In this document: positions 24,720-37,600 of the stretch, one piece after another
How positions within the stretch are numbered: position 1 is the first letter of the stretch
How the letters are laid out: the number at the start of each line of letters is the position of its first letter
Assembly: GCA_002633005.1 (NCBI GenBank)
Contig: NMRA01000098.1
Coordinates: 701,186 to 765,185 of the forward strand
Length of the DNA stretch: 64,000 nucleotides
Reading direction: 5' to 3'
Source of the DNA: Phoronis australis
Taxonomy: Eukaryota > Animalia > Phoronida
Translations under genes and position numbers: made by a program
The notes under the pieces: generated by a model
Seen by the model: only the letters and a program-made list of their open reading frames with translations
Told to the model about the DNA's origin: nothing
Database searches by the model: none

Positions 24720-26340
24720 CATTGAGTTGAATATAGGATGATGGAATATAGAAGGACTGGGCTTCAAAATGAAGACATCATCTCAGAAAATATATGAAAT
24801 TGTTGAGTCATGTGATATAATTGCTTTCATTGAATCATTCCAAAACTCACCAACGGAATTTAACACGTTTTTCGACTGAACTATACTGTCCACTTTGCAA
24901 TCCGCCCACTGGTGGGAAATTATCAGGATATGCCACTGTGTTAGTAAAAACAATTTGGCACAGAATGTAACGCACAAGAATTATGATTTAAAAGACCGTG
25001 TCTATTTACACATAAAAATATGTACCCCCATAGTGAAAAGCCACGTCATTATATGCTTTGTGTACCTGCCTCCAGAGGGTTCTGATTATAGCCAAGAAAG
25101 TGACTTGGAGAAGGCATATAGTGACATCATACATTTTAAAATGTTTCAGGTAAACTAAACCAAGCCAGATTAATTCTTGAAGGTGATTTCAATGGCCGTA
25201 CTGGCACTGTCAATGACTTTATTGCTGATGACAGTAGAAAATATGTCCCTGTTATAGAAGATAGCTGTGTCTATGAAGAGAATGATTTCACCAAACTAAG
25301 GCAAAGCCAAGATGTCAAAACTAATAATTTTGATAAAAAATTAATTGATTTGTGTATGGATCACGTAATCCACATTTTTAACGGTAGATCAAAATCTGAT
25401 CCCGATGGCAATTTTACGTTTCGACGAGTTGTAGCACCGTTGATTTTGTTCTTGCCGAGACATCGTTATTCGAGTATATTCAAGATTTTAAAGTATTGGA
25501 ATGTGATTTATAGTTGTATTTTCCTTTAATTTGTACCTTCAGTACCACTGCAAAATTATGTCAGAAAGATACTGGTGAACCTTATATAGCATTACGAAAA
25601 CGAGTAAGATATAAATGGCAAAATGAGAAAGCAGGTGTATTTTCAGAAAAATTACAAAGCAAACGATAAGTGTCGAGAAATGAGAGTGTTAGTAAAGGCT
25701 TAGTAGACTTGCTCCACTCATGTGTAACGGGCATACTCGTGAGGCAAGACAGGTAAGTAAACCACGCAGACCTCCATGGTTTGTTAGTGAATGTGGAGAT
25801 AAAACTACAAAAAAGCGTCTACTACGAAAATTTAGGGTGTCTCGTTGTGACTTAAAGAGTTGAGAAATTATCTTACTAGTAGGAATTAATACAAAAACAA
25901 TAACATTTTTAACGTACAGAGTATCATCCAGAAACATGTCACTAAACAGAAGGTGAATGCATTCGTTGATTTTAGTAAGGGATTTGATAGTGTAGATAAT
26001 TCCCGTTTACTTATGCCCTTTTAACCAAAGGCTTGCATGGAAAAATGTTTAACAATTTGCGCAGTATGTACGACTATATACAATCATGTGTTATGGTACA
26101 GTCACAGACCACGCCCTAATTTTTACTGTACAGTTGGTGTCTGGCAAGGATGTGTCTCAAGTCCCTGGCTGATTTCGGTGTTTGTTAGCACACTACTATC
26201 TGATATTAGAGAAAATGTAGGCAGAGGTATACGCGTCTCTCCGGGTTGTGATACGAGTTCTCTGTTTTTTGCTGATGATTTAGTGCTGTTGTCGAATACT
26301 GTTGCTGGGCTACAGATGAAGCTCAATAAATTTTGAACAT
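24720..26340 (+). mobile_element. Degenerate non-LTR retrotransposon ORF2 (APE + RT; CR1/L2-like group)
   Basis: APE motifs WNIEG, DIIAFIESF, FVYLPPEGS, GDFNGRTG, KLIDLC, NGRSKSD, STVDFVL; RT motifs AFVDFSKGFDSV, GVWQGCVSSP, LFFADDLVLLS; many stops and deletions. Confidence 0.85.
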
Positions 26341-27642
26341 TCATTTATTTGAATTTACCTCTTTGCCGAATTTATTTCTTTCTTTGTCAAAGTAGCAGAC
26401 ATATATTAAAGGGGTATCGCCCCCGATAACTCCCAGAAGCGATGTCCCAGGGGAGGGCGAAAATAAAGGATAGGGTGCACTGAAAATTAAGGGGTCGCAT
26501 CAGTCCACCCAAATGCTCCCTCCACGTAAAGTGTACACTGTAGGTACGCTGATGGGGACGAAGTTGTTTAACATTAGAATTGAACACAAGTTCAACAACA
26601 ATCTATCCTGCACTCTAGCTTCAGACAGTCATCCTCAAAGCGGCAAACTCCTCTTTCTCTCTCTGTTTGATCGCGATTGGGAAAGTCAATAACCCTTTCC
26701 TGTTCATCTCAATTTCACGCTGATGTGGACCATCATAAATTCATTATTTGGGGGAATTTTAAAAATGACACTTGACTTTTTTCACAATATCCACATTAAA
26801 TATAAAAATTTAGACCCCATTAAAAATACCCAGTCACTTTTAACCTTTAAAATGACATTTAGATCATCTTTTCACAAGGTAAATATTTAATGCTACACCA
26901 CTTAATGGCACTATGATTGGACAATCACACAAAATTCAGTGCACTAGGCTGGTTCATCCAGACCAGGGTGGTCTCCACACCAATTTTTCCAAATTGCCAA
27001 CACAGACACACATAATAGATTTGAAATTACTTGGTTTACAATCTTTGACTTGACCACTGCAAGAATATACTACAAAAACTGTTCATAACTTTCTCAGAAT
27101 AATGAAGACTTGAACACATTATGCAAAAATACACATCCCAGAACCCTTTACATAAAAGAAGCACGGTGATAATTACAATTAATTTATTCTTTTTGGGAAC
27201 TTTGAGATTGCATTGACAATTGCTTTCAATTACACCTAAGCAACGCTGCAGCCTTTCAAAAGGAATCTGAACAATGTTAGTGATTAATGTGATTACAGAC
27301 TGCCTTCACATAACCTACATGGCTAAGGATGCAGTCCCAGTTCTACAGTATGTTATCAACCAGACAGTGAAACACCATACAAATCAAAAGAAATGATATG
27401 TTTCTTATAAAAAGTCCATATCAATTAAAACAAGGCAGCCAGAACTCATCAGAACTTCAGACAACTAGCCTATGCAATGCATACATCAACAGTTAGTTAT
27501 CGCTAGCAAAAAACCAAAAACATAATAACCTAGAAAAGAATACTTGTAACATCTGGCAATTTCTAGCGAGCAAATATTTCACAGACAGTACCTAACTTCG
27601 ATAGTTTATTAATATTAAAACTATTGAAAGTAGATGCCTTAA

Positions 27643-28226
27643 AAGGTTATGTAGGACCCTAGAAAAACGTCCAAATTTGGCTAACTTTGGAACACCATAA
27701 TCTCAGACCTAGCTGATTGGATGCAAATGAAACTTTCAAGCACTGCTCTCCAAAATGATTTTAGGAACTGCTTTTAAAACGTCTCATTCTTAGCATGCAG
27801 GCTATCAAAATAGGACTCATGATTTTTATGAAAAACTAATAGTTACACAAAAAGAAATAATTTAGAAAACTGCGCCATTGTATTGTTAGTGTTGTTCCGA
27901 CGACTGTGTTTGGTTGGAATCCTCCCGGTTCCGTCTGGTCAATGTTAATGTCATCTGCGTATTAAACCCCATAAACTTTCGATTCACTTTTTAGTTTATC
28001 TGGCATCCAATAAAAGATGCTAATGTTAACCACTAGTTTGCTAAGTGTGTACCTTTGTTTTATCTAAACTACTAAAACACAGGGTCACGTGAGCTGATTC
28101 ATGACACAATGGTGTTAAGTCAAAAATCAAATTTTACACTCCATGTTTTTTACAAAAGTTAAAATCTATTATGTTGTACATGTTGGGTAAATACACAGAC
28201 TAGTACATAAGGTCCTACATAACCTT
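27643..28226. mobile_element. Non-autonomous DNA transposon, TTAA-associated (Kolobok-like), containing the solo LTR
   Basis: Perfect 16-bp TIR AAGGTTATGTAGGACC/GGTCCTACATAACCTT in TTAA context. Related ends or internal sequence occur at about 17400-17800, 44130-45580 and 56230-56705. Confidence 0.65.
27873..28005 (+). mobile_element. Diverged solo LTR related to the Troyka-type element
   Basis: CGCCATTG...CGACTGTGTTTGGT.GGA...CCGGTTCCG...ATTAAAC...TAGTT.ATCTGGCA is collinear with both LTRs. Confidence 0.75.
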
Positions 28227-28598
28227 AAAATGTGCCCAAACAACACAAAATTACAACACTATACCTTCCAGCCAGAAACTCACTATTCATAAACTTATAA
28301 CCACTGACAGAGCAATTGTTTGAAACTGCAGAAATACAATGGGGATAGTTCCTGTAACAACTTAATTATGGTATTTCAAAAATATTGTTACCTCATAAAT
28401 ATTACATCACACATGGTAAAATATGAAATAAATGAACACTTCACAAAATTCATTACATTCCAATAGGCCAAAACACAATTTCAGTAGCCACAAACTTAAA
28501 AATCAAATACATATATGAGCAACCTAAACGTGGCGAGAATAGATGTGCTCATGTTAAATGTACACGTGAAGTTTCATAATTTTGACATTTCTAAGCTC

Positions 28599-28736
28599 TC
28601 AAAAGCCGAGAGGGTTGCCCTGCACAACACCTTCGTTATCCACGACTGTGTTCGAGATGGTTCTAAAGTTTCGGAAAGTGGTCGCAGCCATATCTGACTT
28701 CAGAGTACGCAGGTTGTCAGCGACTCGCTCGCTGGC
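28599..28736 (-). CDS. ACADVL: ACADVL coding exon 19 (terminal)
   Basis: [45 protein letters not shown]. Confidence 0.93.
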   Translation of the reverse strand, partial: ASERVADNLRTLKSDMAATTFRNFRTISNTVVDNEGVVQGNPLGF

Positions 28737-31700
28737 CTGAAAAAAAAAATCATGGCAGTGAATGAGTACAAACACAAGTTTTCAAATGCATTTTTAAACA
28801 ACATTAAGTGACAATGAGCTGAATTAGAGTACAACAGAATTATGTAGTTGAGAATCCCAAAAGATACTGCAAAACCATGACACCAGTTTGAGAGAATAGA
28901 TCTGCTTTGACGTTGTATTAGTTAAAAATCAAAGTATACCGTATTCTAATTTCAGAAAATATATACAGAACAAGCCAAAAGTATTCAGACAAAATGACCT
29001 GAAATTGCCTGTCATGACAGGTGACGGAAAGCCAAATTCTATGTCAGATTGGTCTTTGCTCATTTAATACTAAGAATGAAGGGGAATTAACAGGGAAGTT
29101 ATTTTTTTCATCATGTAGCGAAAATGGTATTCTGTTCGATTATTTTTGTCTTTAATGTTCTTTTACTGAGTTAATTTCTATAGTTTTACAGACACAAAGG
29201 CCAAGTGCACATTCACTAGAGACTTGTTGATAAGGTCGTACATAAGTTTAAGCCCACTGATTCAGGTTTACACTTGACTGAATGGGAAAGCATGTAACAA
29301 GCCACCAGGATCTGATTAGGGTTCTCTATAGACAATTATGTACTGAGCTTACATGGCCACTTGCTAAAATGTTAAACCCACTGAGCAGCAAGATTTTGAA
29401 ACTGCGGAACAAGTGTAGATAATGCAGGAGTTAAAGGCACACACATCAACAAACTATTACACATTGGTGTTATCCCAGCTGGAACTTGGTGTCACAGAAC
29501 AATGCGTTACCCAAGCCATGCGCAGGGGGCGACACTACATGTAGTGGGTGATGTCACATGCAGGAGTATTATTATGTGCAGGGGGATTGACAAGTTTGGT
29601 GGCATAACATTATGGAAAACAGAAAGCATAGAACTGGAAGAATCAAAGACAACAAGATCCGTATGACTGACTCTGGCAACAGCCAATATATGTCGCATGT
29701 CACTGTGACATTATGTGCAGGGGGACAATCCCTGCAGGGGCGACATTACGTGCCGGGCAATGTTATGCAGAGAAGAACATTTTGTGCAGGTGGATGTTAA
29801 GTACAGGGACGACATTACGGGGAATGTTGTTCACAGGTCATTATGTGGGAGAATGCCATGTACAGGGGGACATTATGAGTAGGGGCGACGATTTGCACAC
29901 CAGTACAAAAACAGGGCTTCAATGTTTAATCAGATACAAAAGAGAGGTAATTGAACAGTTTTCAAAAGGTCCAATACAACAACAAAGCACGCCACTCACC
30001 AAGTTGCAGAAGGTGTCTGTCATTAAAGCCTCATGTTCTGCACTGGGCAGGTTCCTATCAAGGGACCTTGACGATCGTGACAAACACGCCACCATACCAT
30101 AAATGTCCATACTAGCTTCAGCAACACGCTTCAACAAGAACTGCTCCTCTGAAAGATCAAAGCTGCTTGTTCTTAGTAAGAAACTGACAGATGTTAATCG
30201 AGCAATGACACTTGTCAACCACTTTAACGTAACTTTTTGTTGCCAGTGCAGTAACAAAAAATATTGAGATTGAAAAGTAAACTGTTAATTAAATGACCCA
30301 CCAACAACTGTTTTGCCTTTCTTAATCAGAAGATCTTCAACAGCAAGACCGAAATCACCGACTGATTTGGAACACTGAAACGAAAATACAAGGAAAGTCA
30401 AAATACTGTACAAACATACAAACATATCGAGTATAGTAGATCTGCTATCGATGTGAAATTGTCAAGTGGTTCCAACATTCAAAATTCATTGAATATCTCG
30501 TTTTCGATGAAACTCTTCAAGTGTATAACTTTCATGCAACTGCTCATTAATACCAAAACCAAGATGAAAAATTGTGCTTACAAACAGATAAAATACCACA
30601 ACCGCTGCTGTGGCAATCAAGATTTACAAAAAAATCCAGCACATACCAAGTTTGCTGAACTTGTCAGCCTTGAGTTGACGTGAGGTGCCAGGGAAATACC
30701 GCTAATGCCAAGTGACCTGAAACATGAAACAGAACGGGATCTACAATAAAACGTAAAAAGCCAGAGTTAAAACATTTCAACGCCTACAAGTCTAACAACT
30801 CCATCTAGTGTTCAAGCACATAACGATCGTAGTTCCAAGTAGTTGACAGCACACTGCTTTTGACTGCACAGGAACTTTGCTCACTTTAAGGAAAAGGAGC
30901 CAATGTCGTCTCTAATAAGAGCAATTATATTTATGTTGTTCAATCACCAGCTCAAACAGTTGGTCAGTTGTTTCCAAGCCTAGAACTCTCCTCTCATCTG
31001 AGCATCTATTCATAAAATGAGACCAAGTTTTACAATAACAGCAAGTTAAGTTTCATGGGCGGCGCAGCACTGGAAAAAGTGGCGGGGTTAAAGCCCTTCA
31101 GCCCCTCTGTGGTTCACCTCCTCTAGACCATGTGCGGCATAGCACTCAAAAAAAACTGGGGGGGGGGGCTTCAGCCCCCCAGCCCCCTATGTTGCGCCGC
31201 CCATGAGTTTCAAACGTCAACATCATTGAAAGACTAAGAGTGGGCCTCTAAATTCAAAAGCTTGACAAATTCCACTCTGGATACATTTCAGTTTATGATC
31301 ATGTAACATCTCACCCCATCAATCTCTTTGATCCCATGCCAACCAGAGCATTTACATTGGACATAGGATTCTTGACAGCCTTCTGCAGTTCACGTAGATG
31401 AGCACCAGCATACTGTGGACATGTCATACAATTTACAGTCAGAATCATGAAGTCGATGCTACAATGACCCTTTTAAAAATTTTGCTTGATGATATCTATG
31501 CAGATTTGGTCGGCAAAAATACTGAAGTAGGCAAAGAACATTTTTGTGAAAATCATGTCGCAAGCAATGTATCAGTAGCAAAGAGTTATGCAATCTTAGT
31601 GTGGTCGCGGTAAACTAGCGCGCATGAACTTCCCGAAGGAAAAACACGTCTTCCTCCAGACAGTAAGCCCGTGTTATGGTTCGCTTTGCGCATGTCCGTA

Positions 31701-34640
31701 TCTCATGGTAGTACTCGGGGGAATTCTGGGAGGAATAAAACTAAAATTGAGAACTATGGCACCGCGCCACCTTTTTGTTTTTAGGCGGAATCCTTTATGT
31801 ATTCCTTCATAAGGCGACTTGGCGCTCTTAATTGCACAAATTTCAAAATAAAACCATGGTACAAAGGGTTCATTGATAAGTTTCGCAGGACATTTACAGT
31901 GATTTACTCGATTTAATCAAGTTGAAGTTTGTGACTTCAGGTGGACCTATTTAATGCAGCATAGGGCCTTAAATGTGGTCAACAAAATTACATTTGCTAG
32001 TTCTCTTACAGGCGAGCATTAGCATGAATGTAAATTATGCTTTCTGTCTGATGTGCATCTATTGATTCTGTATCATGTGAAGTAATGTTTATGACACCAA
32101 ATAAATGAAACAAAATAAAAAATCTCACACTGATACCTACACCATTTCTTTTCACAGATCCAGCTTAAATGCAGATTCACAAATCAAGACATGAAAAACA
32201 TCAAAATATGCATGACACAGAATTTCCCTTAATTTCCCTCGTTCTTATATTAAAGGTGATTCCGATAAAAAATCTAAAACTTAGGTTTCCATACATGGAG
32301 GTACACACCTGAAAATGAAAAAAATGAAAAAAACAGAAAGAGCAGATTAATACATGTTCAACACAAAAATCTGCACATTTTAACCGAGATGCTTCCTAAT
32401 CTATACCTGGCAGCCAGTTAAAGCAATGAAGAGGCGGAGGATGTCGTTGGTTCCCTCGAATATGCGGAAGATTCTCAAGTCTCTCATAACTCTCTCCAGT
32501 CCTGAAGACTTCATGTAGCCCATACCCCCCATCACTTGAATGGCCTCGTCTGCACAGAACCATGCCGCTTCCTGCAAACAGGTGGGATGGATTCAGTGCA
32601 CCAAGATACTACTGCGTGTGGTTTGAATTTTGTATTCATTATAACTGACATTTGCAAACACTGCATAACTTTCTATCTTCACTTCAACTTCATTGTAAAA
32701 ATCAAAAATATAAATGTAACAGGGAAGCATTCAAGCACTAGATGCTAAGAATTAGTGGAAAACTCACCGAGGCAAACACCTTGCTTATAGCAGCCTCCAG
32801 TTGAAATTCAGTAGATCCTTTGTCCATGTTAGCCGAGATCATGTAGGCCATACACTGAAGATGGCAAAAAATACATAAAATTTATCGCAATAGATTATAT
32901 CCCAAAGTACATTTTGTTCCTTATATTACCAAACCTTTAACAGACACTTGACATATTTTAAAACTGCATTTCCCACCAGAAAACCAAAATGAAAACTTAG
33001 CCACTGTCCCTACAAAATCTGTTTCCTTACCAAAATAAGACATTATTACTGTCGCCACAAAGACAAAACGCGCTTTAAAGAGCCAAACAGTTGCTTCACA
33101 AAAAACAAAGGGTTTGTAGGCGCTTCCAACACTTGACAGATTCAATTTATTCACAGGTTATTTCTCAATTACAGAAAACTGAATGTTGAAACCAATATCA
33201 GAGTGGCAAGGAATTTTTCAGAATCAGTTTGGCATATTTTTCGCAAGTTTACCATTTAAAGGCAGTACACAGCCTTTCAATAGTCTCAATATCAGGCATA
33301 TACTGTCAATTTTCCCAAACATAGGCCAGGGAAAAAATTTAACTCCTCCACCATTTTCACCCGTGTCCCCCTCAGTTGCCATCAAGTCTGCTCCCCCCCA
33401 TCGATTCAAGTTGCCTCTCACCAAACCTTCAAGCATGAAATTTCTTTTCATTGTATTTGCTGTCCACACATGTCTAATGTGCTTCTTACATTATTCGACT
33501 TGTTGTCACCCTCCTGACCCCATGACAAATACATGTGCGCTTGATGTGGGATTGATTCCAGACACCCAAAAATTATGTATTTAGTGCTCAAACCACTACA
33601 CTGCAATTTTACTTCTGGTACATCCCAACCAATTGTCAGCGACTGTGTAGCACTGCTGTTTATTATTTGTTTAATCCAGTATAAGTTTGTTAATGCCGTA
33701 CTCCTGATTTACTTCCATGTCGTGGTACACACGTTCTGTGGGTAATGATCTGACATAACGTGCCCGAATTTTGAGAACCAGTTTTCTCCACGGAATAACC
33801 CACATCAAACTGGTTCTCAAAATACGGACACGTTATATCAGAATATTGCCCATTCTGTGTCTAGTTAGATGCTCCCTCCAACAGGAAGTGACAAGTAGTG
33901 CTGTTTGTGGACAAGTACGTGTGTAGAGCAGTACCCACCTCCGTCACATATTGATAGACAGACATCATGGCTATCTTCTCTTGGATGGCGCCGTAGTCCT
34001 TGATAAGCCCTCCGAACTGCTTGCGATGACCGGCAAATTCAACCTAACACAGAAAACCTATTGTAAGTATTTGTACTTTGAAAATAGGAGCACGTCGTGG
34101 ATATCATTGTAGCATTACAAGCAAGTTTTCACTCGCTCTCTTTTATATATCCATAACTAAGACCGAGTTGAGAGACTGAGATGTTTTTGTGCAATGCTTT
34201 ATTGTCTGCAGGCATAACCAGGATCTGAACCTACACCAACTCCTCAAAATGTATTCAACAGGTAGTTCTTACATAATATAGAGACAGTTGCTTAAATGCA
34301 TGACTGTTCATTACGACACTATACTATGCTCATCATCCCAAACTGTCGCCCAACAGACAGCAGCACATAGCATTGGGCGTTGTACTCTGGACATGCTCAG
34401 TAATGGCATGCTACTGATTTCGTAAGGATAGGTTTAGCCTTTGAAGGCGCAAGTTCTATTTTCAAACACAACACCAAGCAAAGGCCTCCTCATCTGATAA
34501 AAAGCTTTGTATGAGCTGCAAGCAACACTTCCCAGCGTCCATCACAACTAAAACTTTGCCATGGCCACAAAAATGTTTTCGACTTTGAAAGCACCTTATC
34601 AAGAGAACAGTTATCAGCTGCAAACAGCTTGCACCACACA

Positions 34641-34672
<32 letters not shown>

Positions 34673-37600
34673 TATTTATGTAGATGAAACAGGAGATCAC
34701 TACTTACTGCCTTTGCAATGCATGACTTCATTGTTCCATTCAGAGCAGCTGCCATACCGAACCTTCCATTATTCAAAATGTTCATGGCTACTTTGAAACC
34801 TCCGCCCAGACCTGAAATACAAAATTGCAGGTTTCAGTACAGAAAGCTGTTTTTTTTTTCAATTTTTGACTTGATCAAATATTTTATTAAATTCTCATGC
34901 AACAAGTACGGACAAGAAAAACAAATAGTTCATTAGTGATGACAAACACCAGTCGTTGTTTTATACCATTGACTAACTAATATGACATTTATTTCACATA
35001 ACAAAACATTAAGATCTACAAACGATGATTTTGCATTGAGTTTTTGTGATTTTGGCATTTGATAATAGCAAGCAGCCTCAAATTTCCCAACCATATCATA
35101 CTAAACAGTAGAAAAAGCCAAGTACAGACATTAATTGTGGCTTAATTCAAACAGCAACTTTGAATTCATGAAAGAAGAAAGATCTTGTCTAAGATTTGTT
35201 CTCTCATCCACTAAAGCCACATTTACGTACTGACTGACAGCTGACACGGTGCAGCTAACATGGAACAGCTGATCGGGTACAAGTGCGTGTGTAAACAGGG
35301 AGCAAGTGACACTGGTTTGATAGGTAGAGCGAGCTGCACTCGATCACTTGCTCCAGTTTCAACTACGCGTCTAAACGCAAGTGGGGCAGGGCGGAAAAGG
35401 ATCGTCTTTCAATGCGCTTGTGCAATAGCGTATATTCAGGTGATCAGCTGGCATTCCAAGTGGTTTGGACATTTTCTATTGTTTATGCGAGCATGCGCAG
35501 ACAGTCTTCGTGTAAGCGTCACATGCTGATCCAGTTTGCAATCTAATGTCGTGTAAATGCCATTACAGTGGAGCAAGTCCCTCCGTGACAACTGACACAG
35601 TGACAACTGTCTCTTGTGTAAAAGTGTTTAAGCTTATTTTACAATCTCAACAACATAATCCTCATTCCAGTGAAATGAAGCAGGGTAATCCCATTTTTGA
35701 AACTGTGCATTCCTTATGTGACCTTTTGCATTAATACAGCTCAAAAATCAAAAACAAAGTTGGTGACCCTTCAAGTTTTTCTTCTTATTAAAGAAAATGC
35801 AATGGGCATCAAAATAAAGCACAAAAGAAAAAAACAATGGTGTATTTTTTGTGTAGAAGTTAAAATACTAACATTTGGATTTGAGGTACTCAAAATTGAG
35901 AAAAAAATATGCAGACATAAGAAAATTAGTGAATTGGGAAATATGATTAAAGCTGTAAGAGTTAAAAAATAAAACTGATATGGTGCAATAAACTTTTGTT
36001 TCTAAAAGGATTTCAATCATTAATTCGTTAGAGGTGGTTTTTAGTAACCCATGATAAATTTCACATTTTTGACAGAGGTGCCTTTGTTTAGGTGTCTGAA
36101 ACCAAAGAACTGACCTGGTCAACTCAATGTTTTTGCACATTTGTAGTGAGCAAAGATTAAAATACGAAAATGAGAAAATTAAAAAAATCACCGACAAATT
36201 AGAACTGTACTGAAACAACAAAACAAAAGAATATTAATAATTGCACAATCCAAATCAGGTCTTATTTGATTTTCTTCAATCATCTAACAAGTAAATTTAC
36301 CACGTCATTGTACTTCAAGTCTTTTATTAGCTATTCATACTAGTTTGAATTCTGTTTTACTCAATAATCATGGTCAATAGGCATGACAAGAACAAAGTGG
36401 TGCTCCTCGGTGAGTGAATCTGAAATTACTAATTACATTTCCCCTTACAGTATGTATCCCTGTTCAACTCAACACGATGATAGTTCTGCAAACTCACCTC
36501 CCAGTACATTCTCGACAGGAATCTTGACATCATCAAAGTAGACCTCTGCAGTATTGGAACACTTGATGCCCATTTTTTTCTCAGGAGGACCACTGTAGAG
36601 AAATGACACGTTTACTGCCTAAAGGAAGCTATTTAATTAAACACTGGAACTAATGAACTTAAGTTAGTGGCATTGTGTCTGCATCTCATAGATTAGCTTG
36701 CTCAACTCTTTCACATATATTCAATTCATAACAAAATACAGTGCACAATAAAACTATTTTTTTATTACTAATTAAAAGTTGAGTGCTGTTTTAATACAAT
36801 ACCAGAAACCTGTTGTAGAAACTTCAGTGAGTCTTTCAACAGGGCATTGTGTCATAAGAAGACAGAAATTTGACTTGCTTTTTATGACAAAAAAAATTTT
36901 GCTTCCAAGAAGCAGCGACACTATAACACAAAGACATGTTCATGGCTGTTGTGAGATATCAATAGCTTACATCTCAGTGACTCACCGTTATTCCACAATG
37001 TAATTAGGCTTACCTGGACACACCACCAAACGCCCTCTCTACGATGAAGGCAGTCACTTTGTCACTCTCTTCGCCTGTAGTTGGGTCTTTGACTGGAGTC
37101 TGAAACAATGAGCAAGATCAGAATTACCTGCGGCATGTGGAAATGATTTGCATGAATTTCAACATGTACATTGTTTCATGAGAAAACAAAAAGAAAAGTA
37201 TAACTTTAACAAACCATCAAATGTATTAATATTAGGCTCGGCTTGTGTCAAGTTGTAGAACTCATTTAGACGTTGAAGGTATTGCTTGGCTGATATGAAC
37301 CCACTAAACAAAGAGATCTACATACAAACAAGGCTTTTGATGAATTGTGTCATAGAAACAGATTTCCATTGCTTTACTGTTCCTTATATTTGCCAGGGCA
37401 TAGAATGACCCAATGGAACGACACTAAATACACATTTCAATCTAAACCATACCTCAACAGATCGAAAGTAAACATTAGTATCACAAGATGTCCTGTTACT
37501 GTGTCGTGTTGACAAAACGCACACATCTTAATCAGTACCTGACATTTATTTCAGCAACAACAATGAAGACAATTAGATGCAACAACAGATATTTTTAAAA

